A DNA stretch of 64,000 nucleotides from Takakia lepidozioides (Eukaryota; Plantae; Bryophyta). The first letter of the stretch is position 1. Each line of letters opens with the position of its first letter. The position numbers and the translations under genes are program-made. A model generated the notes under the pieces. It saw only the letters and a list, made by a program, of their open reading frames with translations. It had not been told where the DNA came from and searched no databases. Below are positions 21,401 through 31,900 of the stretch, piece by piece. The stretch spans positions 30,628,001 through 30,692,000 of the forward strand of contig CM060733.1 in the NCBI GenBank assembly GCA_030704615.1. Direction: 5' to 3'.

Positions 21401-24400
21401 GGACATTATCCAGGCGTCTGTTGAGGGCTTCTACCTGGCTTTTATATGGAGAAATAATTCCAATTGTCAATCCTGTAATCTCCCATTCTGCACACACTGG
21501 AAGCATTCACCTGTAGTTGAGGAGAAGATACTACCAGGACAGCAGACAAGTTGCAAATGCTGTACTAGAATCAAGAGTTCGACATGGTCGCATTGCTGAA
21601 ACAACCTGTCTTTTTTGTGCCTGGTAAACTCCGGACTCACGTTTGAGAGGTACCCACCCAAGATGAAATAAGAGCCAAATCCAAGGTAGGAGAGCTTTCA
21701 AAGATGAAAACTTCCAGGAAAGACCAGGTCAAAACTTCCACGAAAGACACATGGAAGAAGAAACAACAACAATCGGAAGGAAACCAGAAGAGTGCTGCCT
21801 CAACCTTATTTCAGTCTAATGCAATAATCTCACTTACACTCCACAAAAAGATCCAAACAACTTCCACTTGTGTTGTCTAGAAAATGATCAATGTAACCTC
21901 ACTAACATCTTCACAATGATGAGCAACATACTGGGTAGAGTTTCAGGAAAATATGAGCAGAACTACAGCTGCCGTATATACCTGCACGTAACCTTCCAAT
22001 CAAATGGAGCACAACCTCAACCTCCACTAGGTTCCTCCAAGATCTGCTCCCACTATTTTCGTCTCTATCCTCACTTCCATCACGGACATCAATAAATGCA
22101 TAGGGACCAAAAAGCTTCTGCTGATAGGGCAGGTTGGAATATGTCTCTTGCAAGACATTTTCCCCATCACTGACTTCTGCATTATAGAAGTGAAAATTTG
22201 GGAAAATACTAATAGCTGGATGCATCCTATACTGCACATTTAGAAGACTGCATGGATGCTTCAATGTCTGAAGCCTCTCAAATAAGCTTCGTCCATAGCC
22301 GCAATCCTTGGCAATCTGAAGTAAGAACAACCCACACAAGATGTCAGAGATCATCTCAGAGTCCCAATTCGATCGCCACAAAGTAGATTGAAATCACAGT
22401 CGAAGGTAAAAAGGAAGACACAGAAAAGAATTGAGGAGAACAGAAGTGAAGAACTGCCAACCTTAAAAAGGACCGGTGGCACAAGTAGACCGCATGTGTG
22501 ATGATATGGTTACTCAACCACTAGTACAATTGACAACCTGAACTTTCAAGAACAAGATTCTATTCATGCAGAGAAATCTGCATTGAAAATTTTTGGAGTG
22601 GAAGGGGAACACATTCAGGCAGGCTACCTGACTTAAGACTGTAGCTGGCAGTTGCATGTGGTCTCCTACTAAGATGGCCTGTTTCAATCCAGTCATCCGA
22701 GTGACAATGGCCATCTCAGCCTCTACACATTGAGAAGCCTCATCGACAATCAAACACTCAAAAGGTGGACTTGTGCACACAGATCTGCTTCCCGCTGAAG
22801 TGACAGTGCAGAATACAAGGGAGGCATTTTCCAGACAAAGCTCCTGCAGCAGCTCCTCCACAGGTCGAGGTAAAAAGATGGACCCAGGCTCCGTTAGTGA
22901 GGTCAACATCTGGCAAAGAGACTGTCTTGCATTCTGAAAACGGAATCCAGAGCTTCCCTCGTTACATTGCCCTGCCAGCAGTAAGGGCTCACTCCAACTG
23001 GCAAACAGATCAAACCAAAGCTGGACCTCTGCATCCGTCAAGGTGGCATCACTCACAAGCCTCAAGAGCTCTGTTATCTGATTCCCTGCGGCTTCCAGTT
23101 TCTGAATCGTGTCCCTACTAATATATTTACTAGGCAAGTCCGTGCACAGAATGTGACCCTTTTCCTTCATACTTGGTGCCAATATTTCCAATTTTGACCT
23201 GACAAACTGCAAGAAGCTTGACATGGGGGTTGTGGCCACCTTGTTCGTCTGATAATTTTCTTGATAGGCTTCATACTGACTGCCTGCCAAGTTCAGAAAA
23301 TCCAGCACCGCATTTGTGGTTGCCCGCCAACCATTGATCGAGTCAAGAGCAATCATTAGCCGCTTGACTCTATGGGTGAGATATATTTGTCCTAACAGGC
23401 CCTCCACATCCAGCCTGTCCTCATTACCAACCAAAACAAGATCACCCAACTGCAAAGGACAAGTGCTGCACTCACATTGAAATCTGTGCAATTGACAGAA
23501 TTCAGCAAATTGGAGGTCTCTGCAAGTGAAGAAGTTCAAGAACCTTCTAGCAACCTCAGAGATTGCAGTGTTTGTTGGTGCACAAACAAGAGTTCGGCAG
23601 TTCAGAGAGCTCAAAATTGAGAGCAGGGTAGCAAGGGTTGAAGTCTTCCCCGTGCCTGGGGGTCCCTGGATTAATCTCACCAGAGGTTTCTCTCTCCTTA
23701 GAAGCCCAAGAATTGTAGTCCTTATGGCAAGTGCTTGTGAATCATTCAGCCTCCGGAAATCACAGTAGCTGCAGATGCCTTGTTCAATTTCGAAGTCATG
23801 ATCCACCACTGAGCAATCTCTGTCTGTTACTTCTGTCCCCTGGAAAAAAGTAAAGAGTTTTACTTTGAATTCTGATTTGTTGTACATCAGCAGTGTTGCA
23901 TCTAACCCTCCAAAGAAATTCCTATATGTTCAGAGGTGCCTCCTTCACTGCTGTTTTCTTTTACTCCTCAGCAATACAGTGTCTCAAATTAAAAGCTACT
24001 ATTTATGTCCATGTCCCTCATGAGCTGCGTGGGCATGCTAATGGTACTTTGGAGGTATGAACTATAGTGATGGAAGAATGCAACCCATACCTCTGCCCCT
24101 CTATAAAGTGTCTCCTCAATAATGGGTAGCTTGACCTTTTCAGACGGATGCAGTGCATCCCATATCCGCAGCCCTGTTGCAAGGTTTCCCAGACACACAG
24201 CAAACCAACTCTTCTTTTCATCCAACATAGATGCATACTCCGGACTTTCTGATGGGGCATACACTTTGGCCCGCAAAATTTTTGAATCTTCAGAGTCTTC
24301 ACGACTCAACCCTGCTAGTGATGCAAGAGCATAGTGAACTCCCGGTCTCTGAAGTTCACTGTAATCATTGTCCGGCACATATGTGGTCAGGACAATGAGG

Positions 24401-26217
24401 TCAGTTGGTTTTGGCTTCCAAGTAGGCTTCCCGTTTTTGCCTTTGCTTATTGGGAGTTGGTCATTTTGTGTCAACATAAGAGTTTTCAGGTGGCTAGTTT
24501 TGTCCAACTGACGTTTTTCATCAATAGAAGTAAGGACTATATATGGTGCAACGCTGATCTCCTCAAAGGCCTGTTGGAGCTGCGCTCGAGTTTCCTCCAC
24601 CAATGGCCAAGCAAATACTTCCATGTACTTCTTCAAGGTGGCAAACTGAAGGGGTATGGCCTCCACCTGCTTAGGCAAGAAGATGGTGCACCTGATTAAT
24701 CTTCACTGCAAAAGGAATGACTCTTTAGAATGCCCACATCACTTTTGTCCCCAATCATATCTCTGTTGGTGTATTCACCAAAAATCCAGGAAATCAATCC
24801 CTAACCGCCCCCTCCACAACATAATTCTACAGAAGAAATCATCCTTGCCCACAAATCATAGCATACCAAGCTATCATATTTACAGCTTGTTCTTCCTTGA
24901 TCGGTGGCATAACAGTATCTCTTCTAATTTGCTAGTTTGCTAGTCTACTTGTTACTTGTGACAAGTTCCAGGTAGGTGGTGCTTTTGATAAGCAGTGGTC
25001 CAACTCAAAGTTTCCCAAGACCATTGTGAAGAGAGTTCTCAATACATCCGTAGCATACTGGTTAGTTCATTTAATTTAATCTGATCTGCACACCCATCGA
25101 AGGAAACAACCAATCTGCGAGTGGTACTTCCAATTGGGTAGGTATGCAGTCAGACTTCTCACACACTTTAACATAATGTCAGGTCCTGAGAGGAAAACGG
25201 CACTGACTGGGCTTCCAGCACAAATAGCTGTGGTTCTCATGAGTTACCAGGGTGAGGTTTTATACTAAATTACATAGCAAGCCATAAGTGATAATCATGC
25301 ACTTGTCACTACAGAGATGACCTCCCTTCCATGTTAAGAAAGCACCAAGTGCAGGCAGAAAAGTCTCATCCTTGGGGCAAGGTAAGAGCAAGAGACTAAC
25401 AACTGTGGTCGTTGAAATAACACGAACTAACCAGTAGGGTGCTTCAAGCAATGTCAGACTTCTGGAGTAGTACCCTGCCGTCTTTTGAACTTCAAAGTGC
25501 TACTACTTTGAGGCACTAGAGTAAAGCTCAAGTGCTAGGAGATGTTGGGGGGAACTTCGCAGGGCCACTGCAGTAGTAGGTCGGTGTAAGTACTGGCCTA
25601 AATGCTGGTATCACCTTTCCAGTTGATTTCCAATATTCACCAAAGTAGTACATACAGAGGGTTGGGTAGATTTTCACCTTGTTCACTAGAAGTCTCTCTT
25701 TCATGATGTCCTCGATTGACCACCTGAGCACCTCTTCTAATAGAGAGTGGTTTTCCTTATATTCCTTCGCATCAGCAGCACTCATTATCCGTACAGCCTC
25801 CCCATTTCCTTGTACAGAAAGCTTCTGGAAGAATTCTTTGTCAGGCTCTTGAATGAGCACAGGGATTAACTGAGCCAATTCTTTGAAAACCCATAACCTT
25901 CGGTTATCCAGACTGTACCAGCCACCTTTGTGATTGACAACTCGGATGGGGGGAATATCAGTGACCTTCAATTTTCCCTCCTTGAGCTGCTTAAGTGTAT
26001 CATTCAAAGACACAATTGGAGAGGCCTGCAAGGCCTCTGCATAGGATGTTCCTGTGGCAGCCTGGCCGGCACCAACATTTCCGGCCCCTTTCTGTACTGG
26101 TTTTAGGAGGGTCCTCCGGAAGACTTTGCTGATTGAGGCCTGAGTGTATTTGATGTCTTTGGGATCCATCAAGACCCTGGAATCCAATTCCACGGCTGAG
26201 GTTTCTTGATCGGCCAT
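6491..26217 (-). CDS. Giant TRANK1-like / plant UvrD-like helicase protein (~3200 aa): ParB/Srx-like domain, DNA2/NAM7 (UPF1-like) SF1 helicase, RelE-like domain, UvrD-like helicase, TPR-like repeats, Lys-rich tail
   Basis: Hand-assembled phase-consistent GT-AG exons: 25678-26217, 24091-24666, 22628-23839, 21982-22315, 21229-21496, 20635-20851, 20093-20448, 18728-19264, 16914-18390, 16377-16736, 15958-16195, 13565-15736, 12556-13242, 12012-12280, 11455-11606 (uncertain), 6491-6737. First helicase motifs: [65 protein letters not shown]. Second helicase motifs: [51 protein letters not shown]. Confidence 0.85.
7141..7326 (-). repeat. Stacked short stem-loop + (CATTT)n units resembling LINE/SINE 3' ends
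   Basis: GAAATGAAATGG...TAACGTCCACAGAAAGCTCAAAGAGCTTATGGGAC at 7206-7259, plus degenerate neighbours. The same unit recurs at 19321-19535. Confidence 0.6.
7691..10942 (-). CDS. LINE endonuclease/reverse transcriptase ORF, truncated after the RT core
   Basis: 1083-aa ORF carrying the APE and RT motifs listed for the element. Confidence 0.9.
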   Translation of the reverse strand: MVTYAKSRASCVVFGVNPRMDDVSISRLDNRGTLKVAMSKSASNRVPHQFNLKEVRPLTGWRAVLDIGDSMGRSRKTTKGKDFNLRVSNRFDALDEVESKQPEGQDAPKCTEPERPESEGFGTLNGLPILKVYTRRTNSIHGVIVPKPSDGQSVPKCAEPERRVTEGFGTLNGLPILKVYTRRAKSIHGVIFPKQSDGQYAPKCAEPVRRVTEGFGTLNGLPILKVYTRRAKSTHGVTVPPLQNGSPSRSNQKLPRRQTIHMQRAGLRLATFNFSGLTNQRKQLEVGQVLRTNDIYICAGQETWETSDKLVGDVNGYKWAGRMCTLKAASAKRGQKGVGFFVRDFLFDNCEIINKGLRYEHSIWLKLNLKGGMSTKDLFVGCVYMPTEGTLSADADKAFEDVKLDCASFLAKGQVVLLGDFNARVGKGLHQDDIIGPFGEDELNSNGRRLINCLEELQLLTLNNRTRGDQVQWTREKSQTGERSIVDYIIMDKNLFPQCANVLIDRTDIGTSDHFLVWTEIKRCFPNTKRSVKRSIRKWRIEKFHNEEVKAEYVQALQEALPHFVQSLQELQSRSDNARNEVERAVDSWESFVSSVADKIIGRKLIVCGRAVNWWTNEIKLKIAERRALSKECCNLKTDRELWVRYYQLRKDINQLVRSQKKLYWDKLYSEINSNHHGGNDKKFWLALQRLYKPKTGQQVQALKTTKGAVVTSSVDIVKTFENHYSILGRTSRSNSEGSSAEWRDTVGKTVPMIHNSPDELEYISMAYNAPISSSEIVEAIEHLNGYKAGGPDGIVNELIKHGGDPMIEALVLLFNLIWKTEIIPFRWRQGVIVNLYKKGDREEPGNYRGITLLNAVGKTFCRVISTRLEVDLESRGCFHEGQAGFRRNRGCVDHIFTLSQIIQGRKKEGKPTYVIFLDVKKAYDTVWRDGLWFRLWSCGIKGKMWRVVHNLYAHTKNCVTVNGQKSNFFDIDQGVAQGCTLSPLLFNVFINQLLEDVESEGFGLRVGDTTIPALMFADDFAGIGETPTNLQELIDCAKRYFNLWGLEANVSKCAVVAFNDRGEGGSDLKWQWGSNLKTVFIF
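10231..10625 (-). repeat. Three tandem 120-bp (40-aa) repeats in the LINE ORF N-terminus
   Basis: [36 protein letters not shown] occurs three times. Confidence 0.92.
19321..19535 (-). repeat. Three stacked copies of the same stem-loop + (CATTT)n unit, in intron 7
   Basis: (GAAAT)n-G...TTTATAACGTCC...GAAAGCTC...GAGCTTATGGG repeated at ~19339, ~19396 and ~19481. Confidence 0.65.
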
Positions 26218-28941
26218 TACAGAATATGTCAGGAGTTGTGTCTGCAAGTCAGGGATCGAAATGCGGTTGACCGCCTACATGTGAACTGATTGTACTCCGC
26301 GCTGCTTATACCGCGCTGGCCCACTTTGATCATCGACTGTCAAGACTGCCACATTCACCTGAAAACATGCAATTCTGCCAACCCATGTGATTATTATGAA
26401 GAAACCATATCAAGACTGAGTTAGATGAGTCTGGTCCTTACACTTGCTGTTTCTGGATCGGGGTAATAAATACACACAAATCATGGGCTGCAGAGAGACA
26501 TCAGATGAAGTGTGCTGAAGCTGTACCACACTCGTCAATTGTCTCCTTGGCCCTGGGGGCCCTGTGGACGTTATAATGTATCGATCTTTGAAGCAGCATT
26601 TCATTCTCCCACAGGATTTTAGACTGGGAGACAACCGGAGCTACGGATTTCGAGCTGTTTGTGCCGACAATCGGCCAGGCATACATGCAAACTGCAATAT
26701 CCAGAAACAGCAAACTCCTACCGAGACAGCGTTGGCGGAAGTATGCGCTCTCAGTCTTGCACGCATAAGCTATACACTAGCAAAAGCTGAGCAACCAGCT
26801 ACTTGGAAGTCTTCGACTTTAGCCAAAGTCGGAGCGCTGCAGAATTGCATGAATATGATAAACATATTGCACTCAAGCTTAAGATTTTCTTGAACGACGC
26901 TGCCAATGCCCAATAACAACAGGTTGACAGCACACTGTCGTCGGAGTGTCTGAGAACAAGAGACGAATTCACATAGCCAGGAAATGCGTGCTTGAAGATA
27001 CAAACCTCTCCTGAATTCACCTATGATGCCCACCTACGATGCCCTTGCCATCTCCAGCTCTCCAATGCCAGTGAAAAAGAGAATTCAGGAAACATTAACA
27101 TGCTATACCGAAATTGCCAGAAAGAGAATTGTCAATCTCTCAGCCCATCCCCGGCAGTCCTGCAACCGAACTCTCCACTCCGACACTACTCGTTTCTACA
27201 GTCCCCTGAATCCATACTCACACCCCGATGAGCAGCTCATCAATCGCCACTTTCCAACGAAGCTCCGGAACCAAACTCTCCACAACATCCCGCCCCCCAC
27301 CTGCTCTACCACTATCTAAATCCAGCATATCAACACCCCCAACGAATCTCCCAATTCTGCATCACCCAGCCTCCTGATCCCCCCCAATGCGCTGCCGCAA
27401 TCACTCTCTTCCCACCACCTCTCCATCCATCTCCACTGCTTCTGCGGACCCCCAAACTACACACCTCCCGTTAGAATCCTGCAACAACAATCTGCAGTTT
27501 CGCATCACACTCTCACCCCGCTACAACTCTCGAGCAATTTCCGCATCCACAATTGCATCAATCTTTCCAAACCTCCTCTCCTCCCGTCTTCGGTCTCAAG
27601 GGGGGTGGGGGGAACCAAGATTTGTAGCGCACTGTTTGCAATGAAGGCGCTGCATGTGCGGCACCCTTTTCTTAAAAGGTGGTATGCTAACAAGCTTGCG
27701 TGCCGTCGACGCTTGAATACAGCGAGAAAAGGGTGGCGAGCCCGAAGACGTGGCGCCGCCTTTGGCACTTGGGTTTAATGACTAGTAATGCCCATTGTCG
27801 TTTAGGCCCATATGGATATTTAGAGCCATCTTGGCCGTTGGAATCCTTGACACGTCACCAATCTCATGATTTCGGACCGTCCGGATGCGCTGGCGAGATA
27901 GTCGTATCGGCGGCGGATTGTACGGTGAGCTTGAACGGCGTAATTTTAGACGACTGTCTGACGTACATATATTTACGTAACAGTTTATTTTACCCATACG
28001 AATACAAATACGGTATCCAGTGGGCTCTTGGCCAGTTTCCTTTTTTGTTTATGTTTTGGTTTTGATTTTTTGGCGAATAAAAAAGGGGAAGGTCAGCTAG
28101 AGCTAACTTTTGGGCAGGGTTAAAAATAAAGTTGCTTAAATCTTTGGTAAAAACAAACTTACTCTTCGGCAGCATCTCCTCTATCAGCTGCCAGCAAGCT
28201 CTAGAACTGCAGACTGTGAGAAGAGGAATGTCGAACAGAGATCAAAGTGAAGGGTAGGGACATTGAGGAAGATGAAGATGGAGATGAAGACGAGCATGAA
28301 GATAGAAACATCCATGCTGTATTTTTGGGGAGGACGCCTTTAAGTCATGTAAAGATCCAAGGAAAAGTAACCTCCATGCTACTTCCTGTTCTACTTGCTA
28401 GTTGCTACAGTAGTCTGCTTCGCTTTCTTCTTATTCGTATTGCTATATAATTATTTATGGAAAGTAGGAGCAGGTGATGCAGGGGCCTCAATCTGTGTCA
28501 CTCCCTGGGAGTGCTGTCTTGGAAACTAGTATTCACAATCTATAGTGTCTACGATTTCAAGGCTCTTGTGGTAAGTGGCGATCAAGCAAAAGATGCGGAG
28601 CTAGCCTACGTGATGACAGAGGTAGGCGTTGTCTCATTACTGAAGAAATATGCTGATCAGTGTCTTTGTGATGAGCCTCACCTCGCCTGTCAGAGGTAAT
28701 TGAACACTTCAACACTTCGGAAAGAGAGACACGAATGACCGGCAAATTTGGTGGCCTAGATGCAAAAATGTTTTAAGCTCGGAAAGTTTCTCCGTTTAGA
28801 GTCTTGTTTAGGTCTTGGCAGAGACATTATCACTGTGGGTAAAGCTCATTGGGCTTGGATTCAGCTTCACTCTTCCCAAAGGAGTGCTGATGTGCAAACC
28901 TCCTTGGAGAATGAGTTATATGGTAATTGGTCATTTCGTGC

Positions 28942-31900
28942 TTACATTTGGATCATCTTTCCTGTGAGGGGCTGATTCGTTGGCATATGCCCCTGAGCAT
29001 TTGTTGGTGTTGTTGCTGAGTTGAGTTGGGGCCTGCAGCTCCTTACTGTTTCTTTAGCCTCTTTTGGCATGTTAAGCGTGTTCATCTTCCTTCCAAATAA
29101 AAACGGAGACACAATTTGTTGTGTCAAGTGGTATCGACCAGCCTCCAATAACCCCCTCAGCCCTCTCACTTGATCCTCTAAGCAGCTGAGGTCAGCATGT
29201 GTTTGTTGCACCTGTGACTGTTTTTCATATTGCAATCAGCATCATGCAAAACATCTTGCAACACAGGTCGGTTCTCACAGGGGCACTAGTACACTGGCCG
29301 GTTTCTAGCAGGCATTGGAAGGAGGGAGGAAGAAAGAAAACCAAAGAACAACTAGGGACCATGGGAGACAGTAGAAGAACAAGGCAGATAGTGACGAGAG
29401 TTTGGGAGAACTAACTTTGGTCGCAAGGATTGTGTTGCATCCTCCAAATTTTCAATAGTCCCTGATCATATTCAATCAACAAGAGAAAAAAAAGCTACTT
29501 TCATTTCTTGGTGCACTCTGGATCTGGGTGTAATGTGATATGATATGGCTGTGAATGCCACATATACTGGGAATGATGAGGCCAGGGAGGATGTCCAGAG
29601 GACATTCATGGTCACCAACTGCAGGGGAAACGTTCTCATGGCTACAGTACATTCTTTAATTTCTGAACAAAACCAAGGGTTGAAGGATTTACCACACTTT
29701 GAATCTCAATGAGGTGTTTCTGAAGGTGATATAAAGATGAGATACTTGACTGAAAAGCCAAAATTATTATGGGTGAGCTTCATTGCCTTTTCCTGTCAAA
29801 ATCCAGAGGTTCATTTCCATCTGGACATCATCGACCCTGCTGGATTGACTTGCAGAGTCACATTTGCTCATTGTATGAGCCTTGAGGTTGAATTGGGACT
29901 CGCCATTTTCTTCCTCAATCTCCACTGCGATTACATGCAGGTTGCCTTTTCCTGTCAAAATCCCCAGGTTCATTTCCATCTGGACATCATCAACCCTGCT
30001 GGATTGACTTGCAGAGTCACATTTGCTCATTGTATGAGCCTTGAGGTTGAATTGGGACTCGCCTTTCTTCCTCAATCTCCACTGCGATTACATGCAGGTT
30101 TTGTAATTCTTCAGCTCTATCAATGGGTCACTGATTGCAGCCAAGGCCCCAGCAAGTGCTGGTAAAAGTTCATCGATCGTCAACAGCTGTGCATTCGCTT
30201 CGTAGAAAGGCTTTTGCATGTCCTTGACAAAAGAAGGAGGAAGCCCAGTCAGGATGGTGGAGTTCTCCTTAAAGATCTCTGTGAGGTTACACATCACAGT
30301 TGCCTGGATGGTTACATCCCCCACATTGATGCATATTGCCATCAACAGAACAAGTAACCGTAGAACAGCCAGCGGCAAAACCTTTGCGCAGTCAAGTTTT
30401 GCAAGGTGTAGCCAAGCTTCGAGTTGGTGCACGTCAAAGAGCAGAAATAGAATCAGATCAACCATGCGGTCTAGAGTGCCTGCAGGGTTGGAATAAGTTA
30501 GAACATGTGTATGATTATGTGCCTTGAAGCTTCTTGTTGAACGTATTAGTTAGCTCTCGGTTCCCGACTGTGCCCACATGCAATGTACAGAATTATATCT
30601 GAATGTATATCGGATAGACCAGCGGAAAAGTTGGATTGCTCCCATAAGATGATAATAAGTCACTTGAGGGTACCCAACCTTCTTGGACTAGATCACACAC
30701 AACATCCACATCTTGCTGCAGGCCAGAGAATGTGGAATGTAAGCACTGAGAAAGAGAGAAGAGCTTGGCAGGTTATCATCGCGAGTTCCACTGTGACCCC
30801 ACGAGAGCAACAAATGCAGAGAGAGGACAGTACCTGTGAGGTTCTTGCAGCCCCCGGTGCATGAGCTATTCAGTAACATTGTATAGAAAGACACTTGGTG
30901 CATGCGACCCATGTGGATGAATGCTAGACTCTTTGGCAGAATCATGTCCCTCTGATGCGTGGAACATGCACTTGTGATCACCATCCCTCTCTCAAACAAG
31001 GCCAGGAATACAAAAGGAGTCTCCACTGCCCTCCAATCAAGATTGTGGAAGATTGAATTCAAAGCTCCAGTGAAAGATTTTGCAGTGGAGCTCCAGAAAG
31101 AATACTGCCACTCATCTTCCAAAAGTTGTGTGGACAGGACCCCTCTGTAAAGCCACCGGGAAGCTTTCCAAAGTTCGAACATGAAATTGCTTGGCATGTT
31201 CTGAACTGCTTCATTGATTTTCCTGGACCACCTCCATAACTCCCAGTCCCCACTCATTGATGAAAGACATTCCAAGATCCAGCAATTTTCCCAGCCAGCA
31301 AGCATTAAGACATTTGCCCCGGCAAATTGGGAAGTAGGCTTCGGCAGCCTCCTGCCAGCATTTCGCCTCACTGAAGCAGTCTCCAGCTTCTTCCAGTTTT
31401 GGAGGAGCGCATATATCTTTATAAATATGACCTGTCAGCCAAAACCAGAGAAATTGAATCACATGCTTATATTATTGTGTCTAAGACAGGGGGTTGACGA
31501 GCATGATTTGGGTAGAAGGTAGCAGCAGCTGACGTCTTACCTATGCTCCATCAGCAGACTCATCCCAAGTTCCTTCATTGCAATCACAAAGCTTAGAGGA
31601 GCCATCTCCTTCTGTGTCCAAGTCTAATGTAAAGTGCAGGAAAAGAAAAAAAAACCTGGCACAATCAAAGGGTAGAGTAAAGAGTGCATTTTGTTAGTGT
31701 GTGACATGACAACTTACCAGCTTGCTTATGATCTTGCATTTGCACAAAACATTTCGCTGCAGTTTCGGCTTTCTTTAGAGACAAGTAAATAGCAGCTGCA
31801 TCACTTAGAAGGTGATGTGCTTTCTTGGTGTCTGTTACTTGCAGCCTCTCTGCGGCTTGCTGAAGGCCTGCAGCTTTAGCCCATCGAGCCCTCCATACTT

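Noticed and set aside
26300-28900. Many short ORFs between the two helicase copies
   Set aside because: No protein motifs; consistent with 5' UTR, promoter and intergenic DNA.
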